Shown: positions 49,214 to 60,688 of the stretch, piece by piece
Position numbering within the stretch: the stretch's first letter is position 1
Layout: every line of letters starts with the position of its first letter
DNA from: Setoptus koraiensis
Taxonomy: Eukaryota > Animalia > Arthropoda
Assembly (NCBI GenBank): GCA_048013815.1
Contig: CM106585.1
Span: 22,134,001-22,198,000 of the forward strand
Direction of reading: 5' to 3'
DNA: 64,000 nucleotides
Notes under the pieces: model-generated
The model's input: the letters and a program-made list of their open reading frames with translations, nothing else
The model's database searches: none
Told to the model about the DNA's origin: nothing
Made by a program: the position numbers and the translations under genes

Positions 49214-51695
49214 TGTTACTGTTTGCGATCAATGGCTTGAGGAATCCCTAAAAAACACACAATGATACGATAAAACGGATGAAACGGATAAAACGGTTGG
49301 ACACTTGCGACTCGCTTGTACGATACAACGACACTGCTCGCTAGTGATATGATTTCATGCCAATGTACCAACTTATATATCTATCGGCTTCATGTATCGG
49401 CTCCATGTATCGGCTCCATGTATCGACTCCATATATCGGCTCATGTCGGTCCGTTTTGTCGTGGCCACAGTTGTCACAGCCACAGTTGGCGTAGCCAGCG
49501 TGTTGTCGCCAAAACGTCGACGCTGATCCACGCAAAGAAGCTCCTGCTCAAGTCCATCCGATAACTGCAGATAACTGCAGATAACCGTAGATAATGGCGG
49601 ATAATGGCGCATAATTCGGCAGGTATTCCCAGATTGACACAGCACATGCCAGCACAGCACATGGCAATAATTGCAATATCCCCATAATTGCAAAATGACA
49701 AATTCAATGATCCGCCTCCGCCGACTTCGACGCCGACGTCAGCGAGCCGCCGATAATCTGTTCAGGCTAATCTATTGCGACTGATATATTCTAAAGTCTA
49801 ATGTCACTCGAATGTCATCAAACAGTCTGATCAGACACTCGAAATCAGTCTGATCAGACACTTGAAATCAGTGAAATCTGACAACACCGTTGTGAACACC
49901 CCATTGCAAGATATACTAAACAAATGCGGCCACTGCAAATACACGCTTGAGTCAGCGCGTTACATCATAATTGACTCAAAGTCGGGATTTTGTTTTACTA
50001 TCGACGATTGTTTCACAATTGTCAGCGACATTCCAATTGACGCGACCACGCTCGCGCGACGCAACTCGCGCCCGACACAAACGCCCCAACAGACCGTCTG
50101 TTACAGACCATGACATAATAAACACATAATAACACAATAGGTGATCTTGTTTGTGTGATGTAATGCTTGTTTCTTCGACTGCACAGTTGACACAGTTTTG
50201 TCGACAATTGACACAATTGACACAATTGACAAAAGCACCGTGCGTAGGAAACTGATGCCACTCGACTCGTGGCAAACTCGTAGCAAAATTAGTGCAGTGC
50301 AAACTTTGTACACAGCGTACGGCTGGAGGAGGCATCGATCACGGCACGACGCAAATATGAGCAGAATATGAGTAAAATACGAGTAAAATACGAGTGAAGT
50401 GCGAGTAAAATGCGAGCAAAATATGAGAACTAAGACTATGCAAATGGGAGGTGTGTGCTTTTGTGGTCGGCTCAACGGAATAGTGAGTTCAGTTAGCATT
50501 GATCAGCCACATCCGGCCCGTGAATTGGTACGGGCAGTTGTAGGGATATCAATCAAATGGCAACATTACGCAACAATGATTTTTCAATGATCATCATGTA
50601 CAGCCCACGGTGAGCAATTTGCACAGTTGCCATAGATCACAATCAAATAAATCAAAGTGCACAACTTAAATCAACTGTTAATTAAGACACTTCGCGCACA
50701 CTGCGCCATTGATAGGGCTCACAGCGTTCGTGTCAAGAGAGGCCCAGCCTTGCGCTTGATCAAGTTGGCCTCGCGTATCGAGTCGATTGAATGAAGCTAG
50801 TGGCCCGCTTGTAATTACTGTGTTGTGATGGATGAGATTTTAATTTGTTTCCATTGGATTTGATTTCTATCAAGTGCCAAGCCGTTGTAAACACACAACA
50901 ACGGGCATATTCGCACACGCTTGTATTTGTTGCTGTTATGCGAGCCTGGCGACACAACATTCTGGCTCGCTTACACGGGCCCAGATCCCGTTAGCCGGGG
51001 CCTCAGTTAGTTGTGCGTTGGTGCGCATGCTCGCTGGCCCAAAGAGGCTCGCTAAATTTCTGCTTGTTTCATACTAGCGCGATTGTTGAGCTCGCATTGA
51101 ACAAACTCAAATTCGTTTCGACACGCTCAACACTACACAATGATGCGGTGATCAATGCAAGGAACAAGTGCTGCAAAGTGCAATTGAAACACCATGTTAT
51201 GCTTGATTATCGTCGTTACATAACAACAACAACATACGCCATGCAAAGTCAAATAGTCGCATAGTGAAATCAAAATTGTTATATCGTCTATTACTCGTCG
51301 TGTTATTGTTTGCATTATTCGTTTGCATTGTCAATGATGTGATCTGGTGTGAGTCGCGGTTAGGCGCAAGTTGTGTCAATTGAAACAATTCTGAGTGGCA
51401 GTGAGCGGCAGCATGGGCTGCATCTGACAGCGGCGATTGACAGTGTCAACAAAATCAATTAATTAATTAATTAATTAACACAAACCCACAATTATCCAGC
51501 ATCGGCACAAATGAGTGTGCGCAGCAACTTGATTGGTGGCAACAGAGTCTCAAGGCAGCAACAGAAGCAATCGGGCGCCGGCAGTCAGGTAAGTCGTGAT
51601 GCGTTTGCTTCAATGGATCGTGAATATCACGTTAGTTGTGTGATATCATGATATTGTCGTCATGTGCGAGTGTGGGCGACAGAGGGCGATACGGC

Positions 51696-51795
51696 GATTT
51701 CAAGCCAGAGAGTGAGCGAGAGATTTCACGCCAGAGAGTGTGCGAGAGATTTCACGCCAGAGAGTGTGCGAGAGATTTCATGCCAGAAAGTGAGA
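51696..51795. repeat. 26-bp tandem repeat GATTTCACGCCAGAGAGTGTGCGAGA, about 3.7 copies
   Basis: Units start at 51696, 51722, 51748 and 51774 (partial). Confidence 0.9.
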
Positions 51796-52859
51796 GAGAG
51801 AGAGAGAATTGGCTCGAGGAACGCGTTCTCCAATTGCACTGGGCTGGCGAATATTTTTCACTCAATGGTCGGCAAGGCGAGCGGTGCAATCGGAAGGCTA
51901 AAAAAAGAATGAGACCAATTAAGAGTCGAGTCTCAATAGCAACAATGAGCCTCCCCATTGAGCAGACAGCGACAAGAATTGCGAGAATTCTTGTTGCCAT
52001 TGTGATTCGCAAATAGACACATTACGCCGATATCAATATCATGGCGATTTGTGTGTTGTTGTTTGGCAGCGATTTGTGTGCTACACTGATTTGGTAATAC
52101 TAACGCGCGAATTGATCAATCGGGATACTGAGGTCTGAATTGAAGCCGCCGAATTTACCTTGAAACTCAGCCGGTGAGATATCCTCTATACTTCGCTATT
52201 TCTATCTATGGCGGCGTGCGTTTCACACTTGAATCACACTCGAGTGGAGAGAGTGTCACGACACTTGTGTCGTTGTTGTTGTTTGTCATCGACACCTTTG
52301 TTTTTAATGATTGCTTCCTTTGTTCTTGGCTCACAAACAACAATAACCGGCACACAATTGACAATTGACAGCTAACTGGCTAATCAACTAGACTGACTAA
52401 ACCAGCGTACGAGCGTAACGGGACAAGGCTACGTAACGTAGGCTTGTCGTAACAATATTGCAATAGTGCAATATTATAACATTATAAGCGCAACGGTTGC
52501 CGCCGGCTGTCATCGGCGAACCAATGCTAAAAATAATCAAAAAATAATCAAAAAGAAGTGTCGAAATAGACAGACACGGACCAACACTATTGGCAGATCA
52601 ATCACCAATAAAGACAACAACGTCGCTATTTGCTAAATTCTTTCTTCTATATCTGATTTGTTTTTTAAAGTGTCACCACCAGAAGATATCTCTCTTACAG
52701 CAGCCAACATCATCCTTTGTCGTGAGTCGTCGTCGTCGGTAATTGATTTGTAATAATTAATCAATAGTTAACCGTTACAGCTTGTTAACAGATGATACGC
52801 GCGTCAGTCTGCCAGTTTGCCAGTTAGTTAGCTTGTCAGTGTGGGCCGCAACTGTCAAC

Positions 52860-55800
52860 ATGTCGAATAGTCTCAATCGATTGATCGCTTTTAGTTCTCA
52901 TAATAATGCATCAACAAATATTGTTGTCTCACATCACCAATTACTCTTACCAGCACCAGCGTTTTTGCTGCCGCCCGCCAAACAAGCTGTCGCCGGCGCC
53001 GCCACCGCAAACAGCAACGTCAATTTCTCGATTGGCGGCGCCCCGAATAGCGCCGCAAATACAGAAATGCAAATAAAGCAGCAACAAATGGATAGTATTG
53101 TCACACAAGCCACAAGTGATTACAACAACAAAAGTGACAACAGCAACAGAAACAGCAATAGCAACAGCCACAACAAAATTAGTCAATTGAGCGATTACAT
53201 AATGAATATCAATATGAGTTCGATAGCAAACAGAAAGCAGCATCAGCCTGACAATGCCGTCAATAGAGCTAATGAGCGCAAAAGACGATCCATGCCAGCG
53301 CCAACAACAACGACGAGCAACAATCAACAATTTGACAACCAATTAGCAGAGTCGCACAGTTCACCTGTTGTCGCCAACAACATAGATCCGTACATCGATG
53401 CGGTCATTGTCAAGACGCGCGTAAACAACAAACGCGGGCCCCGTGTGAAGCCAACGCAATCGTATTACAGCAAGCCATCGTCGTCGATGAGCCATGCCAA
53501 CTTGATCAAACTGAACGAGTTGCCTGCGCCGCCCCCGCAATCGCCGATACCAGCAGGGCCAGCGTCCCCAAGAAGGCCACCACAACAGCAGCAACAGCAG
53601 CAACATCATCAGCAGCATATGCACGTACAGTTGCACTATCTGCGACTGCAGCAACAACCACCACATACCGGCATCCATTTGGCGCCCCAAACAAACCAGC
53701 CGCCGACAAACGGCGACAACGGCAACAACCAACGACAACAGCAACAACAACAGCAACTTCAACATTCACAATTCAGCAACAATCGCCAACAACAACGACA
53801 CAATCTCTGGAAGTCGCACCACCATAACAACAACCTTAATAACAACCACAATAACAACTTCAATAACAACCATAATAACAACCACAATAATAATTATAAT
53901 AACAACAATCACAACAACAACTTGCTCGTGATGCCCCAAGAGCAACAAACGAGTGTCGCTCGGTACCGGCCAGGCGACCCAATGCAGCTATTGGCGAGAA
54001 AATCAGAAAACAGTGACACGAATACTGGCACCAGCAGCAACAACAGCAACAACAACAACAGCGACAACAACAACAGCAACAACAACAACAGCGACAACAA
54101 CAGCAACAACAACAAAGGTAGAATGCTGGCCGGATACGCTCTCGTGTGCCTAAACTATTTATTAATTGCCTTAATGCAACAAAGTGATACACACACTCAC
54201 AGTGGCCTGTCGTCCACTATAATGAACTCACCTGTCACAATTGGCACTGTCACCAACGCTATGCACGAGCAACAACTGACAAATGGGCCCCACTTACAGG
54301 CTGCCAACTTGTTTCAACAACAACAACAACAATATGCTGTCAGACAACAGCAGCAGCACCACAATTACCTTGGCGGTCAGTTTAATTCTTTTCTAGTTGA
54401 ATGCCATCAGTCGTCCGGCTCGTCGTTTCTGTACCAGCGCGACCCCATTAATGCGATCCCCACGCCACTTATCATGTCGGCCAGACCGGGGGCTTATCGT
54501 TGGTTTTGGTCGTCGCCGTTTGGTCGGCCCACCAATTATCTGGCGAATTCCGACAATCAATCGCGAACTGGCCCGCACTCGACAGTTACATCTGGCGGCA
54601 GCATTGCCGGCGACCGATACTACACCCTCAGCACGCCCGCCAGCGCCTTCACCATTGATCCCCCCCTTCTTAGGGCGCCCATCATAGTGTCATCACAACC
54701 GCCAGCACCCTTTATTATCACCACTGGGCCCCCTCTGGATCAGCTGTCGCCGACGACGCCGATGCAGCCGCAGCCGCAGTCGCAGCACCAACAACCGCAA
54801 CAACCGCATCAACAGCAACAGCAGCATCAACAGCAACAACAGCAACCACAACAACAGCAGCAACAACAACCACAACAACAGCAGCAACAGCAACAACCGC
54901 CAGCCCCAACGACAGTGGCATCTGGATTAGGCCAGCAGCAGCCAGACTATTTGTTTAGGGGGCGCCCGATGATCGGGATAAATCAGCAGCAGCAGCCGCC
55001 GCACCTGATTTATCCCAATGTGAGACAATTGGGCCCGTTGGCCGACATTGGCCTCAATCCCGACCGGCCAGCGTCTGCGGCCGTTGCCGGCATGAACATC
55101 GGCCTCAACTCCATCGGTCCGGCCCTCATGGCGGCCAACAACGGCGGAAATATCTTCAAGCAGGGCGGCAATCAAGTTGTATCGCTCATACATCAACTGG
55201 TCCAAAATCCGCTCGGGCCGCCCGCCGCCTACTACCAGCCAAACAGCGGCCTCATAGCCGGATCGCCATTGGTGCCATTGGCACCGCTGGCACCGCCGGG
55301 CTCTATGGCGGCCGTGGTGTCTTATCGTGATAATATATTGATGAACAACAACAATCAGTCCAGCAGCGGCCCGTTTGCACAAAACAACCGGGCCACGGTG
55401 AGTCCGCGCCCAATCAAGGTTGAGGCCGTGGTGATCAGAAAGGGCATTGGGGCCACCGGAGAGCAGCCCATCAGCGTTGTCCGATATGCAAACGGAAGTT
55501 TCACTCTCACAAACAGCAACAATCGTCGCGTGCAACAACAACAGCAGCAACAACATCAACAACAACAGCAAACATTACAGGCTAACCAACCGCGAGCGAA
55601 CAGCAATGACGCAACAAACAACAACAACAACGACAGCGGCGGCGACAGTGACGACTCTGACGACAGCGCCAATCAAAATCAAAGTAACAGTGGCGCCACC
55701 AACAACACACAAAATGATAATGACGGCGTGCAAAATGATGAGCCCCAGAGGCCCGCAAACGCCAACCAGAATCAATTGGTGCGACAACAACAGCAACAAC

Positions 55801-56298
55801 AACAATCCAACAGCAGCGCCTCGAACGACTCGAATGACGGCGACAACGACAACGATAACAACAATAACAACAACGACAACAACGACAACAACGACAATCA
55901 AACCGGCAACAACAACGGCGCCGCAGAACCGCAGCCGGACAGCGACGGACAGCAGGCGCCCGCAACGGGCCGCAACACGGGCAACCAGCGGCAGCCCGTC
56001 AATGGCTTTGTGGCCGACAATCAGCTCATATTGGACTTGCCAGAGTTTGCGATTGCGGGCGACTCCATCGAATTGAGCTGCAATCACAATTTACAACTGC
56101 AGCGATTGTATTCAGTGAAATGGTTCAAGGACGGACTTGAGTTTTATCGATTTATACCGCGCAACGGGGCCAGGGCAAAGTTCTTTTTGCCCCTGCCAGG
56201 TATTCGCGGCGACCCGGGTCGTTCGGACGCGGAGCGGGTGTATTTGCGCAACGTCAGTTACACCTCCAGCGGTTTGTACCGTTGCGAGGTGGTTGCAG
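52860..56298 (+). CDS. beat: Beaten-path (Beat)-family Ig protein, large first coding exon: Q/N/P-rich region plus most of Ig domain 1
   Basis: LDLPEFAIAGDSIELSCNHNLQLQRLYSVKWFKDGLEFYRFIP...SSGLYRCEVVA matches the Beat signature (LYSVKWYK..EFYRY.P; SG.YRCEV). Donor GCAG|GTGAGT, phase 1. The true start is uncertain (ATG 52860 or ATG 54123). Confidence 0.82.
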
Positions 56299-57032
56299 GT
56301 GAGTAGAATACTCAATACCCATGGAACGCCGATGGGTATGGGCGGTTGGTTGTCGATGGGTATCGACAATAAGTGAAAAATGCCCATTGGACGGTTGTCG
56401 GAAGTGGCAGCGAGTGGAGTAATTGAGCGCGCCACTCAATCAACATTGATTGTTGCTGTTCTTTATCCATGGCCCTATTCTTTATCCGTTGTCTTATCTC
56501 CTTGATTGGTTTTGTGATTGAAAAATAGTAAACTGGCTGGCAGCAAAATAATAAAAGTCAGCTCAGTTATGCTAGTCACGCCGGCACAAGCTGGCAACTG
56601 TCATGTTTTGTTGGCCTGATATCGTTATCACTGACACTGGGACTTAACCCTGGTGCCTTGGTTGTTACGCAATGCAACCAATTGTTATGTTTCATGGGGG
56701 CGGGGGGCAGGCAAGAGATTCGAGGAGCCAAGTAAGAGGCTTGGTTGTTGCCGGATGATACTCTCATGATGGGTGGGCTCTCATTAGCGGCGACACCGAC
56801 CAATAATCGCTTCAATGACTCTTTGCGTTTCCAGCGGGGCCCCAATTCGAAGTGCATGCACTATAACAGATATTGTTTTTAGCATTCCATTTCATTTGTC
56901 GTCTGTGCTCTCAATTTTTCCAAACTGTCGCCCTCGCTCTACTCTCGGCTGGCTTGTAAACCGGACGCGCCGATGCGCCTAATTGAAACCCCATAAACTG
57001 CCTACTATAAACTGCGAATGGCACTATAAAAG

Positions 57033-57083
57033 AGAGTCCCAATTTCGAGACGATGAACGGCGAGAAGCGGATGAACGTCTACG
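57033..57083 (+). CDS. beat: Beat-family gene, 51-nt exon (end of Ig1)
   Basis: G|AG AGT CCC AAT TTC GAG ACG...TAC G|GTGAGT = ESPNFETMNGEKRMNVY, the expected EAPSF.T.....M.V continuation; phase 1 to phase 1. Confidence 0.8.
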
Positions 57084-57312
57084 GTGAGTACTATACTGTC
57101 GGTGCGGATTGTTTTATCCGTGTATTTTCTGTAATCTTTTTATCCAGGCTGCGATATTTATCCGAGGCTCACTCTGTTGAAATGATCGCTTATTTTGAGC
57201 ATTTGGGCGCATTTGAGCGCGCCCAAACGCGCCCAGCGAAAGCACACAAATCTAATGATTGTTTTCTCATCATCATTCGATCACGAAACACCCGCAAACT
57301 TTGACCGCTCAG

Positions 57313-57689
57313 TGCTGTCCGAGTCGGGCCCCATAATTAGCCTGGAGCCGGCCAATCTGAACCAAGTTCAGGCGCTCATGAACGAGGCGCAATTGGCCAA
57401 AATGCAGCGAACAACTAATTATGCGCCCTATTACTATGCAAACAACCAGCTCACTTTGCCATTTATGCAGCCGGGCCGGGTATCATCCTTCGTGAATGCC
57501 CCAATGAACAGCAATTTCAACAACAACAACAACAACAACGACAACAGCAACAACAACAACGACAACAATGTGAGACAAAGGCAGCCTAGCGGCAGACTGG
57601 AAAACGAAATTTTGGGCCCTCTAGTGAAGTGCAATTCGGCGCGTTCGTTGCCGGCATCGCTGCTGCGCTTCTATGTCAACAACCGGCTG
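57313..57689 (+). CDS. beat: Beat-family gene, exon with the first half of Ig2
   Basis: Acceptor CGCTCAG|TG gives VLSESGPIIS; contains VKCNSARSLPASLLRFYVNN (compare NCTS..S.PA..L.WYIN); donor CTG|GTAAGT, phase 0. Confidence 0.8.
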
Positions 57690-57848
57690 GTAAGTAGCCT
57701 CAGTGAGGATAGCATTTGTTGATGATTCGCCACAATTAATTGATATGATTTGGGTGATTTCGGCGCATGTTAATTAATTAATTAATTTGTTTGTTAATCA
57801 CATTGTCCAACGTATTCAATAAACCTGAATGGCCGCGACCTACAATAG

Positions 57849-59241
57849 GTGAGCACGAGCAGAGTGCTGCAAAACGTCACGCTGAGGCACGCGGACGGAC
57901 TTGAGAGCTCGCAAGCCGCCTTCCGGTTGACATTGGAGGACTTTTCAATAAATCAGCATTCCAACAATGCCAACAGGATTGTCAACAGCGTGAGAGGCAG
58001 CGACAACAACAGGCAAAACGGCACCACCGGAAGACAGCGTCGCAATGAGCTGATTGTGGTGGCGCGTCGGCAGCGCTCGATATCGCAACAGCGACAGCAC
58101 CAGCAACAACAACAGCATCATGCCCGATTGTCAAACAAGATGGTCCAGTTCGACGACGACTACAACGAACCGAAGGCCGGTCACCTGAACAGCGGTCACT
58201 CGAACAGCGGTCACTCGAACAGCGGTCAGCTGAACGGGGGCCCGAGAGCCAAGCAAAGCCAGCAAGCGTCCAATCGGCCAAACAATTTGGCCAGCTCGAA
58301 CGCGGCCAGCTCGAACGCGGCCAATTCGAATTTGGCCAACGGACAATCAGACCGTTTCGGCGCGGCACAAAACAACAAACAGCAAGACGGCCCAACATCA
58401 GCCAGCGGGCTCGCAACAGCAACAGGGGCCCGAATTGGGCCCGCCGAACAGAGACAGCACCAACAGCGACACCAATTGGGGCCAGTGTCGGCGGGGGCGC
58501 CGAGACAGCAGCAGCAGCGCTCAATTGATGGCGCCAGCGAAGAAATTACCACTGCACAACAACAACAGCAGCAACAACAACAAACTCATTACTACTCAAA
58601 TTACGTAAGAGTTAAGTGCGCATCATTAGTGGTCGCCGTCGGCTATGAAATGACTAGTGAACTTGTCATTCCGTTGAGTCTGTTAGTGCCGCCCAGTTCA
58701 TCGGTGCAAAACTTCACTGCAGCCAGCAGCAGCAGCAGTAGCAACTCGGCATTAGACGACAGCTCGGCCGGTCAGCAGCAATTGGCTGGCCAGTCTCAGG
58801 CATCATTGGAGTTGCACCAAAAGCAGCAGTTGCACCACCAGGTGACCCAACTACAACAGCAGCAACAACTACAACAGCCGCGACAACAGCAACATTTGCT
58901 GCAAGATCATCGTGGCCACAACAACGACAACTCAGCATTGGCGGTGAAGCACACTCTTGAACGCGACGATAGAATTGCGCTCGCCTCGGCGCCCCAAACG
59001 CCCGCCTGGCTTGCGGGTCCCGGTGCGGGTGCGGGTCCCGCCGGCCAGCAGGACGCAACGGCCCAGACCAACAACAACAGATCGGGCGGCTTAAATCATC
59101 CGCTGGCGACAAACAGACAGGCGACATCGGGCCGAAATAGCTCGCCAGCCTCAAACAGCACAACAAACAACAACAACAACAACAACAGCAGATCGAGAAC
59201 CAACAACAACCTGCTGTTCAGGCAGCACAATGGTCAGTCAG
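57849..59241 (+). CDS. beat: Beat-family gene, exon with the second half of Ig2 and a low-complexity tail; terminal exon unresolved
   Basis: Acceptor CAATAG|GTG; contains DGLESSQAAFRL (compare GLETS.LGL.F) and VRVKCASL (second Ig Cys); donor TCAG|GTGAGA. A possible last exon is 59369-59631 (low confidence). Confidence 0.75.
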
Positions 59242-60188
59242 GTGAGAGCACTGGCAGCATTTGTTGCCGGCACTAATTAGCGCGCATCTTGTTTTATCCG
59301 CTTGTTTGCATGATTCAATTCGGATCGAATCCAATGAACTTATCTGATTTTCGTCCGTTCGCTGCCAGTTGGCCTCTGCGCGCCAGTGGCTGGCAGCGGG
59401 GCCAGCGCGACACCCGAACGAGAGTGCAAGTTGTTGTTTGCCGGCCGAGCCGGTAAGCCGCCCGTGCTAATTGGCGCCAACTGGGCCCGCTGGCCCCACT
59501 GGCCGCTAATCCGCCAACAGTGGGCTAATGAGTGGCCCGGCGCCATTGGGATTGGCCATCGTTCGGCGTGCGAATTTGAGTGTTTGAGCGTCTCAGCTGT
59601 TGTTGAGATTAAGCAGAGACGCAGTTTGTAGATTAGACTCGGTATCGGACTGCTTACGCCATCCAGATGGAGCTGGCAATCTGCTGGCCGGCGAAATTCC
59701 GACAATGCGCTGGTGTGTCAGCGCGGCCAGCAGCAAAGATAATTGGCGCCAAAATCAGCAAGAGAATAGCAAGAAAAGTGTAATTCGAGTCGTTGTACTC
59801 GCACACTTGTCCGAGCGGCCGCTGCCAACAAATATGGGCCCCAACAAATGTGGGCCCCAACGCCCAGCGCAGCACACAAAGGCGACACACAAATGGCCCC
59901 TTGACTCTTGACTCTTAATGTGCCAGCGAGCACCCGAGAGTGGCAATACGACACCCAACAGTGAGCAACATTTGAGAGTGAACAGCGGCCCAGATTGCGC
60001 GATCTTGCCAAATATTGTTTGCCTGTTGTCGCGCGCTGCTGCTGTTCACTTGGTTGTCAGCCGACTTCCGGTCAACTTTATCCAGCTTGTGTGACGATAA
60101 TTATGCTGCTGGATGTTGTAGTCTAGACTACAATGTAGTGGCGCACGGCTGCGCAACATGCCAAATCGGTGGTAATTCGGTATGGTTG

Positions 60189-60688
60189 NNNNNNNNNNNN
60201 NNNNNNNNNNNNNNNNNNNNNNNNNNNNNNNNNNNNNNNNNNNNNNNNNNNNNNNNNNNNNNNNNNNNNNNNNNNNNNNNNNNNNNNNNNNNNNNNNNNN
60301 NNNNNNNNNNNNNNNNNNNNNNNNNNNNNNNNNNNNNNNNNNNNNNNNNNNNNNNNNNNNNNNNNNNNNNNNNNNNNNNNNNNNNNNNNNNNNNNNNNNN
60401 NNNNNNNNNNNNNNNNNNNNNNNNNNNNNNNNNNNNNNNNNNNNNNNNNNNNNNNNNNNNNNNNNNNNNNNNNNNNNNNNNNNNNNNNNNNNNNNNNNNN
60501 NNNNNNNNNNNNNNNNNNNNNNNNNNNNNNNNNNNNNNNNNNNNNNNNNNNNNNNNNNNNNNNNNNNNNNNNNNNNNNNNNNNNNNNNNNNNNNNNNNNN
60601 NNNNNNNNNNNNNNNNNNNNNNNNNNNNNNNNNNNNNNNNNNNNNNNNNNNNNNNNNNNNNNNNNNNNNNNNNNNNNNNNNNNNNNNN
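60189..60688. other. Assembly gap (500 N)
   Basis: Run of N; the reading frame across it is undefined. Confidence 1.

Noticed and set aside
49862-50360. CxxC motifs (KCGHC, QCKLC) suggesting a zinc finger or BED domain
   Set aside because: They lie in separate short frames and lack the downstream His/Cys ligands.
60046-60188. C-terminus of the 1287-aa track ORF after the gap
   Set aside because: The frame depends on an arbitrary 500-N gap length.
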